Source: Alphaproteobacteria bacterium | GTDB taxonomy: Bacteria > Planctomycetota > Phycisphaerae > UBA1845 | Direction of reading: 5' to 3' | DNA length: 64,000 bases | Assembly (NCBI GenBank): GCA_028285105.1 | Contig: JANQQE010000029.1 | Location: 40,256 to 104,255 of the forward strand | Position numbers and translations under genes: made by a program | Part shown: positions 28,023 to 38,508 of the stretch, piece by piece | How positions within the stretch are numbered: position 1 is the stretch's first letter | Layout of the letters: each line of letters begins with the position of its first letter | Notes under the pieces: model-generated | Database searches by the model: none | What the model saw: only the letters and a program-made list of their open reading frames with translations | Told to the model about the DNA's origin: nothing

Positions 28023-30509
28023 TCATTCTCCAGCAGGCTGGCACTGCGCAAGGTCTTCAACAAACGCACTGGGAAACGGGTCTGTCGCGCCATTCAGATG
28101 GCTGAAATAAGACTCTGACTTGCGCAGAGCGGCACATCCTTCTGCATTCCAGACGGGTTGATCGGACTCGAGGCTTGCCTGACGCATCAGAATTCTTCCA
28201 TGGAGCCAATGTGCGTCTGCAAGGATTCGCTGCAAGCCTGGGAGCATGGATTCCATAGACACGCCCGCTTCATAATCTCGATAAAGTATCTCAAGTTCTT
28301 TCAGGGCTTTGTCCGGGCGACCCACATCGAAGAGCGATTGGGCGATCAAGCCGGTCAGTTGTGCGACACCCAGATGGGCGGTCAGATTGCTGGGGTCGTC
28401 GTCGGATAATTTGCCAATGATCTTCCGCGACGACTCGAAAGCGGCCAGCGCTTCCATGGGCTTTCCATGTGTTGTCAACGTTTCCCCGAGCTTGAGATAA
28501 CCGACCGTCGCATCCATCCGAGCTTGGCTGTTGTCGGGCTGTTGCTTCAACCGCTTAAGCCGCCTGTCAAGCGACAGTTCATAATGGACCAGTGCCTCAT
28601 CTATACGATCGAGCGCAACTAGGACGTCGGCGAATCGGCTTATACCGACGGTGTAGGCGCGTTGGATAGAATCGTTGTCCGGCGAGGCGTCGGCTAACTG
28701 CTTGCGAATTTCGAGACTGTTGGAATACATCTCATATGCGTCGTCTTGTCGATCGATCTGGATGAACACGTCGCCAAGTTTGCTGTAGCTGTAGGATAAA
28801 TTGCGTTGACCGGTCACATCCTCGTCGGCGATTTTCAGTTTGAGTTTGTGACTGCGTTGATACCACGACAGTGCCTCGTCGAAATCGCGATGGGAAAGAT
28901 GAATGTTTCCAACCCGTTCGCAGGCAATTGCCAATTCCCGTTTGAATCCAGGGTTGTTCGGATCGCGTCTGACGACGTCTTCGTTGATGGCGACGGACTT
29001 TTGGTAGTTTTCCAGTGCAGCGTCGGCGTCGCCAAGGTTCGAACCGAAAGGGCGACCTTGCACGTCGCCGATGGCGGTGTACGCCTTGGCAAGGTCGGCA
29101 AGCACGCGAAGATTCAGACCCTTGGTGTCACGGGCCATCTCGTCGAGGTATTCCTGGGCCATCGTACTTAAGTACTCGCGGGCTTTGGTTTCCCCCTTGG
29201 CTCGTTGCATGTTTTGATAATCGACGATGACCTTCTGCGCGAAATTGCGAAGATCCTCGAAGCGTCCTTCGGCGATCGAACGCTGTTGATCTGCGCGATA
29301 GGCATAAATCGAAGTCGAAACCAAACCAGCCACCAGCGCAACGACGAGCCCACAAAGTGCAGTCGCCAATCCGCGATTGCGCGCCGCGAACTTCTTGAGT
29401 TGATACAACGTCGTTTGCGGCCTCGCAACGATCGGTTCGTTTCGCAGATACCGCCTGATGTCGCTCGCCAGGTCAGCCGCCGACTGATAGCGACGCTCCT
29501 TCTCTTTCTCCAGGGCTTTTGCGACGATGGTTTCGACATCGGCAGGCATTGCCGAATCGATGTGTCTTAGCCGCGAAGGTTCATTGTCTTGAATCATCCG
29601 CGCCGCTTCCGGGATCGATCGATCGCGCACGATCAATGGCAACCGCTGGCTCAACAATTCAAAACAGATCACACCCAGCGCATACACATCCGATCGCGTA
29701 TCAATGTCAGCCGACACACCCGTCACCTGCTCCGGACTCATGTATGCGATGGTGCCGATGATCTGGCCGACATTGGTTTGCATCGTCATCAACTGTGTGT
29801 CGGAGTTGGTCGCGCGGGCGACACCGAAGTCGAGGATTTTCGGCTGGCCCGTTTCGTCAACGAGAATGTTGCCCGGTTTGAGATCGCGATGAATCACGCC
29901 TTTTTGATGGGCGTATTGCACGGCGTCGCAGATGCGGGCCATCAATTCCAAACGTTGATTCGTCGAGAGGTTTTGTTCGCGAACATATTGAGCGAGCGGT
30001 GGTCCTTCGACGAACTCCATCGCGAAGTATGATTGCCCGGCTGAATCGGTACCCGCCGTTGAGGCTTCATAAACATGGGCGATGCCGGGATGATGAAGCT
30101 GACCGAGTACCTGAGCCTCGAATTCGAATCGTCGCAACAATTCCCGCGAAAGCAGTCCCGGCCGAATCAGTTTGATCGCGACCGACCGGCGCGGTTGATC
30201 CTGCTCTGCAAGGTAGACGACGCCCATACCACCGGTACCGAGCTTGCGAATGATGCGATAGCTTCCGATTGATTCCGGAATCGTTTCGACTGGATCGCCC
30301 GCACTTTCGATACCAGCTCGCAGATTGACCGCCGCTTGCTCCATGAATGCGTCGCCATCGACATCGCTTCGCAGCATCGCCTCGATTCTTGCGCGTTGGG
30401 TCGCATCGTTCGCGCAGGCCTTGTCGAGAAATGCGGTGCGATCGTGCCCGTCGCGCTGACAGGCTCCGGCGAAAATCTCGGCGACCTTTTGATACTCCTC
30501 GGGCGTCAA
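28023..30509 (-). CDS. Hanks-type Ser/Thr protein kinase with TM helix and TPR array
   Basis: LGTGGMGVVY, VAIKLI, HRDLKPGN, DFGVAR, GTIAYMSPEQ, TM, TPRs (RNLSYSYSKLGD). Start reassigned to TTG 30509 (MTPEEYQKVAEIF, parallel to the other kinase; GGAG SD; TTGA overlap with the ECF). Confidence 0.92.
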   Translation of the reverse strand: MTPEEYQKVAEIFAGACQRDGHDRTAFLDKACANDATQRARIEAMLRSDVDGDAFMEQAAVNLRAGIESAGDPVETIPESIGSYRIIRKLGTGGMGVVYLAEQDQPRRSVAIKLIRPGLLSRELLRRFEFEAQVLGQLHHPGIAHVYEASTAGTDSAGQSYFAMEFVEGPPLAQYVREQNLSTNQRLELMARICDAVQYAHQKGVIHRDLKPGNILVDETGQPKILDFGVARATNSDTQLMTMQTNVGQIIGTIAYMSPEQVTGVSADIDTRSDVYALGVICFELLSQRLPLIVRDRSIPEAARMIQDNEPSRLRHIDSAMPADVETIVAKALEKEKERRYQSAADLASDIRRYLRNEPIVARPQTTLYQLKKFAARNRGLATALCGLVVALVAGLVSTSIYAYRADQQRSIAEGRFEDLRNFAQKVIVDYQNMQRAKGETKAREYLSTMAQEYLDEMARDTKGLNLRVLADLAKAYTAIGDVQGRPFGSNLGDADAALENYQKSVAINEDVVRRDPNNPGFKRELAIACERVGNIHLSHRDFDEALSWYQRSHKLKLKIADEDVTGQRNLSYSYSKLGDVFIQIDRQDDAYEMYSNSLEIRKQLADASPDNDSIQRAYTVGISRFADVLVALDRIDEALVHYELSLDRRLKRLKQQPDNSQARMDATVGYLKLGETLTTHGKPMEALAAFESSRKIIGKLSDDDPSNLTAHLGVAQLTGLIAQSLFDVGRPDKALKELEILYRDYEAGVSMESMLPGLQRILADAHWLHGRILMRQASLESDQPVWNAEGCAALRKSESYFSHLNGATDPFPSAFVEDLAQCQPAGE

Positions 30510-31096
30510 GGGATCTCTCCATCCACCAACGTCGTGCGCAACCATGCCCGCGCGGTCCGCCAGTCCATCTCGATGGTACGCGGCGACACTTGAAGCACCT
30601 CGGCAACCTCGTCGTTCTTAAGCTCTGCAAAGAATCGCAGCTCAACAACCTTGGCTTGACGCTCGTGCAATTGCGCGAGTTTGTTCAGTGCATCGTCCAG
30701 ATCAAGCACGTCGATTTCCTGCTCCGGGTTTTCTACCGGCGCTTGCGAGAGCGTGATTCGTCCCCAACCGCCACCGCGTTTTGCCGCATTGCGCCGGCGG
30801 GCGTGTTGAATCAAAATCTGGCGCATCGCGGTGGCTGCGACAGCAAAAAAATGTGAGCGATTCTTCCAATCGACTTGCGTTTGATCGACCAGATGCAGGA
30901 ATGCTTCGTGGACGAGGGCGGTCGGCTGAAGCGTTTGATCGGACGACGGACGGGTGAACCACTTTGACGCAATCCCCCGAAGTTCGTCGTAGACAATCGG
31001 AAAAAGTTGGCCCGCCGCCTGCTTGTCGCCATCGCTGAGTTGCGTCAGGCATTGCGTGAAATGTCGCGTGTCGTCCGAATGCAATTCAAACCTCAT
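30506..31096 (-). CDS. ECF sigma-70 factor, TIGR02999 (kinase-associated) type
   Basis: LFPIVYDELRGIA, TLQPTALVHEAFLHL, RSHFFAVAATAMRQILIQHAR, VELRFFAELKNDEVAEVL...MDWRTARAWL. Start uncertain (31084-31144). Confidence 0.92.
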   Translation of the reverse strand: MRFELHSDDTRHFTQCLTQLSDGDKQAAGQLFPIVYDELRGIASKWFTRPSSDQTLQPTALVHEAFLHLVDQTQVDWKNRSHFFAVAATAMRQILIQHARRRNAAKRGGGWGRITLSQAPVENPEQEIDVLDLDDALNKLAQLHERQAKVVELRFFAELKNDEVAEVLQVSPRTIEMDWRTARAWLRTTLVDGEIP

Positions 31097-31376
31097 CTGC
31101 CAGATATGATTGACTGGTTCGTCCCTCAATAGCATACCAACCAACCACCGCCGTCGAGGTATTCAACGCCCGTTTCGATACAGAAATCAACTATTTCGCA
31201 GTTTTTCAGCGAATTCTTTGCGCCTCGATCACGCAGTTTGCATTTCTCTCTTTAGAGGATGGTCCGATCGGATCGTTGCTGCGTAAGCAAGCCGCCGGGC
31301 CATTCTCCCGTTAGTCGATCGCCGGGGCGATATCCGCTTCATCGGCGATCAGCGTTTCGTATCTGGAGAACCTGCG

Positions 31377-34277
31377 ATGACAATCCGCCGAACTGCCAAC
31401 TTAGCATGGGTCTGGATAACTTGCGTTTGCTTTTCATTGGCATGCGTGCCTGACACCATGGAAACCGACGGCGGCGAGCAACCCGATGACTCGATGCAGC
31501 AGCCCGACACGCCGCAGCCAAACGAGCCACCGGCACCACCGGCAGATTTAATCGCACTGGCTTGGCCGGCAGTTGAATCGCTCTGCGAAATTGACGAAGA
31601 CTGCGCCAACGGTCTGTTCTGCGACTCGCTCGATCAGGAAACCATCGACGCGTTTCTTGCAACGGTCAACATCGAAGACCTTCCGGCGAACACACCGCTA
31701 ACCGTCGATGAAAACGTTTGTCAATTCGGTTGCCGCATTGATAGCGAATTTGTACCCGCAGGTGAAACCGATCCAGATGCCAACGGTTGTCGATCATGTC
31801 GGCCGGAAATCAGCGCAACAAATTGGTCTCCCGTCGCGGCGGGAACGTCGTGTGAAGATGGATTGTTCTGCACATCAGCAAGCGGTGCGGCTGGTGATGC
31901 CGATGCATGTGACGGCACAGGTGCGTGTGCGGGCCAAGCCGTCCAATGCGACGACGGATTATTCTGCACGGGCGTAGAATCCTGTGATGAAGGCGCGAAC
32001 GCTTGCGTATCTTCCGGCGATCCATGTCCGGCAACCGAGTGCAACACGTGCCAGGAAGATACCGACAGTTGTTTCGATCCTGCCGGTTCGGCATGCGGCA
32101 GCGACAAGGACACGACCTGTGATAATCCCGATACTTGCGATGGTGCGGGAACCTGCGAATCCAACATCGAGTCGCCAGGGTTTGTGTGTCGCGAAGCTAC
32201 CGGACCCTGCGACGTGCCCGAAACGTGCAGTTCCGAAGGCAAGTGTCATTCCGACGTCTTCCGGCAGGCGGGCTTCGTTTGCAACGCGGGCTCGGGCGAT
32301 GCTTGCGACCCTGACGAAGTGTGCTCTGGCACGTCGGCAGAATGCCCGGAAGATACATTTGAGCCAGGCAGCACCGTATGCAATGCCGGAACGGGTGACG
32401 TCTGCGACCCCGATGAATTCTGCCCCGGCGTTCCGGACCAGGGTTGCCCAGTGGATCGCGTCGAATTCACGTCAACGGTTTGTCGAGCTGCCGTCGGCGA
32501 TTGCGACGAAGCAGAAATGTGCCCAGGTGTGGCTGACATTGGATGCCCGGCCGACGAGAAGAAATCCGCAAGCGTCGAATGTCGCCCGATAGTGGGGGTC
32601 TGCGATGTAGCCGAGTCCTGCGACGGGATCAACAACGATTGCCCACCGGACGCGAAGCAACTGAGCAACTTCGAATGTAATGCAGCCGAGTATGCATGCG
32701 ATGAACCTGAAACTTGCGATGGAGTCACCAACGATTGTCCAGTCGTCCCCCCGACAATCTGCACCAATGGTGCACCGTGTACCGCAGATGAACAGTGTCA
32801 GTCGGGTGCATGTATCGGGGAGGCGTGTTCTCCGATTGCGCTATTAAGCGAAGGATGCGACTCGGATGGCGACTGCGATCCCGCGCTGGTTTGCGACGCC
32901 GGTTCCTGCAAGTCGGACCGGGACGGATTCTGCATTGAAACAGAAAACTGTGCGGAAGGATTGGTCTGCGATCCGTTCGAGAGCGGTCGTTGCAAGCTGG
33001 ATGTCGGGGCGGCTTGCAGCACGATTGACGACTGCGGTCCCGGTCTGGGGTGCGACGCCAGCGGGGTATGCAAACCGTCGATCAACAGTGGGTGCTTTCA
33101 GGATGACGACTGTGCCGGCGACTTGGTTTGCGGATGCCAGTCGATCGTTTGCGTGGAATTCGACGGACCGACCTGCATCAAGGAGGCGTGCGATCCGATT
33201 GGGATTTGCAAGGTGCGGATACTCGGCGATTGTACCGCCGACGAAGAATGTTTTCCCGGTTTTCATTGTCCCACAGGCACCTGCGTTCCGGACTTGATCG
33301 CCCTTGGCGATGTATGTGAAGTTGATCCACCGGGTGGTCCACCCGCACCCGTCATCGGCGATTCGCCCAACGATTCGCGCTGCGCCACTGGGCATTGCTT
33401 CCGGCCCTACGGAGGTACGGGTGGTCCGTTGAATCCGCCAGATTATGTATGTTGCAAAGACGTTGGGGAGTCCTGCCGTGATGATCTGGACTGTTGTAGC
33501 GCCTTTTTGATGCGGGCCCGTGGTTGCAGTTCAGACGACACGTGTCAACCGCTGTCTATCGCGGGTGAGGCATGTACGACCGACGCAGACTGCCTTCGCG
33601 GTGGGATTCTAAGTTGTGTTGCGGGCACCTGTGAGGCGCCCGTTGTCACCCCTGTGTTGGGTATCGGTCGTGAGTGCGACCCTGCCAATTCGAACGGGTA
33701 CTGCGACACCGGTCTTCAATGTCTGGATTGCAGTCCTGAAGGGCGAGGCTACCGATGTGTGGACGCAGCGAACCCATGCTGCAACAGCGGTAGGGGTGAT
33801 CGTTTCTGGTGCGGGGACACGGACGTTCCGATACCGGGAATCAGCGGGGCTACCCGTAGCGAAGACAACCTTTGTTGCGGTTACACCTGTTACGACTTTG
33901 ACGATCCCGAACATTGCGGGAGTTGCGACAGAAATTGCAACGAACAAGAGAGTCCCTGTTTCGATCATACACAAACGGAATGCGTACCCGTCGACATCTA
34001 CGACATGGAGTGCGTATTCGAGGACATCTCCGGGTGCGACCTGTTGACCGATCCGGATGACGAAACCGTATGCTTTGAGTGTGTAGCCACTTCGGATACG
34101 GAGTTCACTTGCGACCCGTTCTTCGGGTTTGGGAAACAAGTCTTCAACAATAGTTGCCAGAACGGGGACCAGTGCAGTTCCGACTCGCAGTGCGAAGGAG
34201 ACGCGTACTGCGAATTCGACGACTGCCTGTTCCCATTGGCCTGTGACACCACGGGCAAGTGCAGGGGCTGCAATTAA
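31377..34277 (+). CDS. Cys-rich lipoprotein with tandem disintegrin-like and Dickkopf/EGF-like repeats (966 aa)
   Basis: GGAG SD; signal ending in SLA-C lipobox; Pro/Gln linker; more than 100 Cys; repeats such as CRAAVGDCDEAEMCPG and CSTIDDCGPGLGC; DDPEHCGSCDRNC motif. Confidence 0.82.
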   Translation: MTIRRTANLAWVWITCVCFSLACVPDTMETDGGEQPDDSMQQPDTPQPNEPPAPPADLIALAWPAVESLCEIDEDCANGLFCDSLDQETIDAFLATVNIEDLPANTPLTVDENVCQFGCRIDSEFVPAGETDPDANGCRSCRPEISATNWSPVAAGTSCEDGLFCTSASGAAGDADACDGTGACAGQAVQCDDGLFCTGVESCDEGANACVSSGDPCPATECNTCQEDTDSCFDPAGSACGSDKDTTCDNPDTCDGAGTCESNIESPGFVCREATGPCDVPETCSSEGKCHSDVFRQAGFVCNAGSGDACDPDEVCSGTSAECPEDTFEPGSTVCNAGTGDVCDPDEFCPGVPDQGCPVDRVEFTSTVCRAAVGDCDEAEMCPGVADIGCPADEKKSASVECRPIVGVCDVAESCDGINNDCPPDAKQLSNFECNAAEYACDEPETCDGVTNDCPVVPPTICTNGAPCTADEQCQSGACIGEACSPIALLSEGCDSDGDCDPALVCDAGSCKSDRDGFCIETENCAEGLVCDPFESGRCKLDVGAACSTIDDCGPGLGCDASGVCKPSINSGCFQDDDCAGDLVCGCQSIVCVEFDGPTCIKEACDPIGICKVRILGDCTADEECFPGFHCPTGTCVPDLIALGDVCEVDPPGGPPAPVIGDSPNDSRCATGHCFRPYGGTGGPLNPPDYVCCKDVGESCRDDLDCCSAFLMRARGCSSDDTCQPLSIAGEACTTDADCLRGGILSCVAGTCEAPVVTPVLGIGRECDPANSNGYCDTGLQCLDCSPEGRGYRCVDAANPCCNSGRGDRFWCGDTDVPIPGISGATRSEDNLCCGYTCYDFDDPEHCGSCDRNCNEQESPCFDHTQTECVPVDIYDMECVFEDISGCDLLTDPDDETVCFECVATSDTEFTCDPFFGFGKQVFNNSCQNGDQCSSDSQCEGDAYCEFDDCLFPLACDTTGKCRGCN

Positions 34278-34283
34278 CGACTC

Positions 34284-34943
34284 GTGACCGCAGGCAGTAA
34301 CGCGCCTTTAATATCAATTGGGCGTTGCGATTTCTGCGGCGCGTACCGCATCTCCAATCCATCTCGATGCGATGCCTCAGAATTCGTCGTAGACGACTGG
34401 GAAGAGCCGGTCAGCACCGTATGCAATGCAGGCACCGGTGACCTGACAGTTGGCCTCGCGATCGGCTGCGACAATGGCGACAATCCGTTGTGCTGCGATG
34501 ATCGATGTACGGACGCATCGTTCGATCCGGAGAATTGTGGCGAATGCGGTACGGATTGTTTGGCGATCGCCAACGCCAACGTCTGCCTTGAGTTCGTCAG
34601 TTGTGGTGGGGGAACAACGCCCGGCGAATGCCAATTCACGTTACCATGTCCCGCCCCGGCGGCTGGCAATTATGCTGTGTGTACCAATTCGCGCTTTTTG
34701 TGCAGCGAAATCTACTTTCCAGGTACACCTGAATATGACGACTGCCTCGCCGAGCCCGCAGTCGCGGTTTGCGAAGAATTCGAAAGACAGTCTGACACCC
34801 TCTGCGTGGAGGGCTGCAATACCAACGCCGACTGCGAACTGGACGAAATATGCCGATCCAGGTGCGGAGGTGCACCTTACGCAGATGTTCTGGGCTGCAT
34901 CGATGGCACCTACTGCGCCGAAACGGCAGGCCAATGCGATTGA
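34284..34943 (+). pseudogene. In-frame Cys-rich continuation or relic of the upstream gene
   Basis: Same frame as 31377-34277, separated by one TAA; no SD or signal peptide; contains STVCNAGTGD (a copy of an upstream repeat) and DPENCGECGTDC. Confidence 0.5.
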
Positions 34944-35481
34944 GCATTCGGGTGACAATCGCTATCCAATGGATAGCGTAACTTGTTGTATCAAATACAT
35001 TTAAGCGAACATGCAAATCGCAAGCGCGGAAGCAAACGTGGGATGCCGCAAAAGTTGTAACGCACCGTTGCTACCGGTTCGACTCAGAAACGTGGTTTTG
35101 AGTGAAATTCATTCATGGCTCGTCCCATATGGGGATCAAACAGGCGTGCAGGCAAGCGGCGACTACGATGGTTTTGGCTGTTCCTGCGCGTCTTTTCGGC
35201 AAAGCCAATCTCAGATTTCGAAGGCATTCGATTTGAGCAGTTCTTGCCCTGCAACCCAAACACATCGCATCATCCATCCGTCAATTATACTTGCTCCTGC
35301 ATTTCCCTTGAGGCAAGATGACTGCACCGAGGAAGCTGAAGGGTAGGCTGCACACACGACTGCAGGTTTGCTTGCGTCGTCCAAGCCTTCACCTGATCCC
35401 CAACTGCTTGCTTGTACTGACTGTCGACAGCCATCGCGTGGTTGTGGACGATACCCACCTTGAATTCAAAGGAGAAATCGA

Positions 35482-36051
35482 ATGGTCTCAGTAGCGGAGC
35501 TTTGGATGCCGATTCTGGTCTCGGCAGTCGCTGTGTTCATCGCCAGTTCGATCTTTCACATCTGCATTCCCATCCACAAGTCAGACTACACGCGGTCTCC
35601 GGGCGAGGACAAACTATGCGAACTTCTTCGTGGCGAGAACATCCAACCCGGCAGTTACATGTTTCCGCATTGCGACGACATGAAGCAACTCCAATCGGAA
35701 GAGATGATGCGCAAGTTCACTCAAGGGCCGGTTGGCTTCATGACGATTCTCCCCAGCGGACCGCCGGGCATGGGCAAAAATCTGATGCTCTGGTTCCTGC
35801 AATCGGTGCTCATAAGTGTCTTGGTCGCGTACATCGCGGGGATCGGGCTTGGGCCTGGAACCGAGTACATGAAAGTGTTTCGGTTGACTGCCACCGCTGG
35901 AATCATGGCGTACACGATGGGCGCACTGACCGACTACATCTGGAAGGGACAACAGTTAAGCGTGGTGTTCAAGTTCATCTTCGACGGTGTTGTCTACGGA
36001 TTGTTGACTGCGGGCGTTTTCGGGTGGCTATGGCCCAACGCGATGTCGTAA
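35482..36051 (+). CDS. Conserved hypothetical integral membrane protein (about 4 TM)
   Basis: AAGGAG SD; hydrophobic helices LWMPILVSAVAVFIASSIFH, LWFLQSVLISVLVAYIA, FDGVVYGLLTAGVFGWLWP. Confidence 0.75.
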   Translation: MVSVAELWMPILVSAVAVFIASSIFHICIPIHKSDYTRSPGEDKLCELLRGENIQPGSYMFPHCDDMKQLQSEEMMRKFTQGPVGFMTILPSGPPGMGKNLMLWFLQSVLISVLVAYIAGIGLGPGTEYMKVFRLTATAGIMAYTMGALTDYIWKGQQLSVVFKFIFDGVVYGLLTAGVFGWLWPNAMS

Positions 36052-36308
36052 ACGATTAATCAGACGCCAACAAGGCTGCATCCAACAACCAAGCCTCCGT
36101 GAATTTCAATATGCAGTTCTACTCCAAAGCTTTGAATCTGTGTGCGGTTTGCGGGCGAATATCAATGAGACAGGAGGGTGCCAGCCGCGCCGTTTCGCTG
36201 ACAAGTCGATCCACTTGGACGCATGAGGCGGACTTGTCGAAGATTTAGCCCCGACGTCGCCAAACGCTTCGTTGAAAAGTTCGTTATCGATAACATCTTG
36301 GAAGATAA

Positions 36309-37262
36309 ATGGTTACGACTCTTCGATTCATTGCCAGCCTACTCGGTCCGTCGCCTGTTGTGGATTCGGTCCCAGAAAAACGTGCCCAGCAGACGCGCCT
36401 GTCCTGTTGGTTTCCGTATCTCTTTCTTCATGTCGGCTGTCTTGGCGTGATCTGGGTGGGGTGGAGTTGGATTGCTGTGGCAGTGGCTGTGGCGCTCTAT
36501 TTTGTCCGGATGTTTGCGGTCACCGCGTTTTATCACCGTTATTTTTCCCACCGCACGTTTAAGACTTCGAGGTTTACCCAGTTTGTTTTTGCCGTCTGGG
36601 CGAATTCAGCCGCTCAACGCGGACCGATCTGGTGGGCTTGCCAGCACCGTCACCACCACCAACATTCCGACGATGAATGCGATGCCCATTCGCCCGATCA
36701 GCATGGCTTCTACTGGAGTCATATCGGTTGGCTTACGGCGCCGGACAACCTTGTGATTCATGCGCGACGTGTCCCGGACCTGCTTAGATTTCCTGAATTG
36801 CGATTTCTGGATCGATTCAGCGTGCTTGTGCCGTTGATCCTCGCAACTGTTCTGTATGGACTGGGCGCAGCGCTTGCGCACTTCACACCGAGTTTGGGCA
36901 CCAATGGTTGGCAGATGGTCGTGTGGGGATTCTTCATTTCGACGGTGGTCCTTTTTCACGGAACCTGCACGATCAATTCGCTCGCACATTTGCTGGGTTC
37001 GCGAAGATTTCGTACGACGGACAGCAGTCGAAACAGTCTATTGCTCGCAATGCTGACGCTGGGTGAAGGCTGGCATAACAATCATCATCGATATCCTGGA
37101 ACCGTCAAACAGGGTTTCTATTGGTGGGAGATCGATCCCACCTATGTCGGTTTGCGGTTCTTCGAGTGGATCGGTTTGATCTGGGAACTCAATCCCGTGC
37201 CCGAAAAGATTCTTGCCGAAGGTCAAGCCCAAGTGCATCGACCGTTGTCGGAGAGCAACTGA
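36309..37262 (+). CDS. Acyl-CoA/acyl-lipid delta-9-type fatty acid desaturase
   Basis: Three His boxes HRYFSH, HRHHH, HNNHH; TINSLAH; WEIDPTY. Confidence 0.93.
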   Translation: MVTTLRFIASLLGPSPVVDSVPEKRAQQTRLSCWFPYLFLHVGCLGVIWVGWSWIAVAVAVALYFVRMFAVTAFYHRYFSHRTFKTSRFTQFVFAVWANSAAQRGPIWWACQHRHHHQHSDDECDAHSPDQHGFYWSHIGWLTAPDNLVIHARRVPDLLRFPELRFLDRFSVLVPLILATVLYGLGAALAHFTPSLGTNGWQMVVWGFFISTVVLFHGTCTINSLAHLLGSRRFRTTDSSRNSLLLAMLTLGEGWHNNHHRYPGTVKQGFYWWEIDPTYVGLRFFEWIGLIWELNPVPEKILAEGQAQVHRPLSESN

Positions 37263-38506
37263 TGCAAATCGCTGTAATCGGCACGGGAATCTCCGGTTTG
37301 GTCGCGTCATACCTGCTTTCGGATCAATACGATCTGACCGTATTCGAGGCAAACGATTACGTGGGCGGTCACACCCATACGATTACTGTCGATGATCCAA
37401 CGGGCCCGACCAACGTTGACACCGGTTTCATCGTTTACAACGAATCGACCTACCCGAACTTCTGCAAACTGCTTGATCGCCTTGGTGTCGAAACCCAGCC
37501 GAGCAGCATGAGTTTCAGCGTTCGCGATGACGCTGCCGACATCGAATACAAGGGCGACAATCTCAATACCCTGTTCGCCCAGCGGAGCAACCTGCTTCGG
37601 TGGGGTCATTACCGAATGCTTTACGAAATCCTGCGGTTCTACCGGCAGTCGCGGCATCTTCTGAATGCACCGGCAGAACGATTGACCATGGGCCGCTACC
37701 TGCGGGAGCAGCGTTACTCGACGGAATTCATCGAGCGTCATCTGATACCGATGGGTGCAGCGATCTGGTCGGCAGATCCCGAGCAGTTCTATGACTTTCC
37801 TGCCGGGTATTTCGTCCGCTTTTGTTACAACCACGGAATGCTCAACATCCTCAAGCGCCCGCAGTGGCGGGTGATTCGCGGCGGGTCGAAGCAATATGTA
37901 CGCAAGATGATCGCGCCGTTTCGCGATCGCATTCGATTGAGCACACCCGTATCGGAGATCAAACGGCATGAAGATGGCGTGGAAGTTGTGTCGAAATCGT
38001 ATGGCGCGGAGCGATTTGATCAGGTGATCATTGCGGCGCACAGCGATCAGGCGCTGCGCATGCTCGCCAATCCGACGACAGCCGAGTCCGAAATTCTTCG
38101 GACGATGCGATATCAAGAAAACGATGTCGCCCTGCACCACGACACATCACGTCTGCCCCGACGTCAAAAAGCGTGGTCAAGTTGGAATTACCACATCCCC
38201 GAAAGACGGCAGTCCTCTGCGGTCGTCACGTACAACATGAACGAACTTCAGTCGCTGCGCACCGAAAGAACGTTTTGTGTGACGTTGAATTCGACGAATG
38301 ACATCGATCAAAAGAAATGCATTCGCCAACTCCGCTACGACCATCCCGTCTACACGACCGAAAGCGTTCTGTCGCAGAAGCGGCACGGAGAAATAAGCGG
38401 CAAAAACCGCACGCATTATTGCGGGGCATACTGGGGATACGGTTTTCATGAAGATGGGGTCAACAGCGCGCTGACGGTTTGCAAGGAATTCGGCAAGGAA
38501 CTTTGA
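37262..38506 (+). CDS. FAD-dependent oxidoreductase, UfaD/RSP_1091-like
   Basis: ATG 37262 overlaps the desaturase stop; IAVIGTGISGL dinucleotide fold; GGHTHT; VDTGFIVYN; CGAYWGYGFHEDG. Confidence 0.88.
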   Translation: MQIAVIGTGISGLVASYLLSDQYDLTVFEANDYVGGHTHTITVDDPTGPTNVDTGFIVYNESTYPNFCKLLDRLGVETQPSSMSFSVRDDAADIEYKGDNLNTLFAQRSNLLRWGHYRMLYEILRFYRQSRHLLNAPAERLTMGRYLREQRYSTEFIERHLIPMGAAIWSADPEQFYDFPAGYFVRFCYNHGMLNILKRPQWRVIRGGSKQYVRKMIAPFRDRIRLSTPVSEIKRHEDGVEVVSKSYGAERFDQVIIAAHSDQALRMLANPTTAESEILRTMRYQENDVALHHDTSRLPRRQKAWSSWNYHIPERRQSSAVVTYNMNELQSLRTERTFCVTLNSTNDIDQKKCIRQLRYDHPVYTTESVLSQKRHGEISGKNRTHYCGAYWGYGFHEDGVNSALTVCKEFGKEL

Positions 38507-38508
38507 CC

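Noticed and set aside
35040-35095. tRNA-like GGTTCGACTC motif
   Set aside because: The flanks do not form a T-stem, acceptor stem or anticodon arm.
34944-35481. Small ORFs or ncRNA in the 540-bp intergenic gap
   Set aside because: The ORFs (35011, 35115) lack SD and recognisable motifs, and I found no convincing RNA structure by eye.
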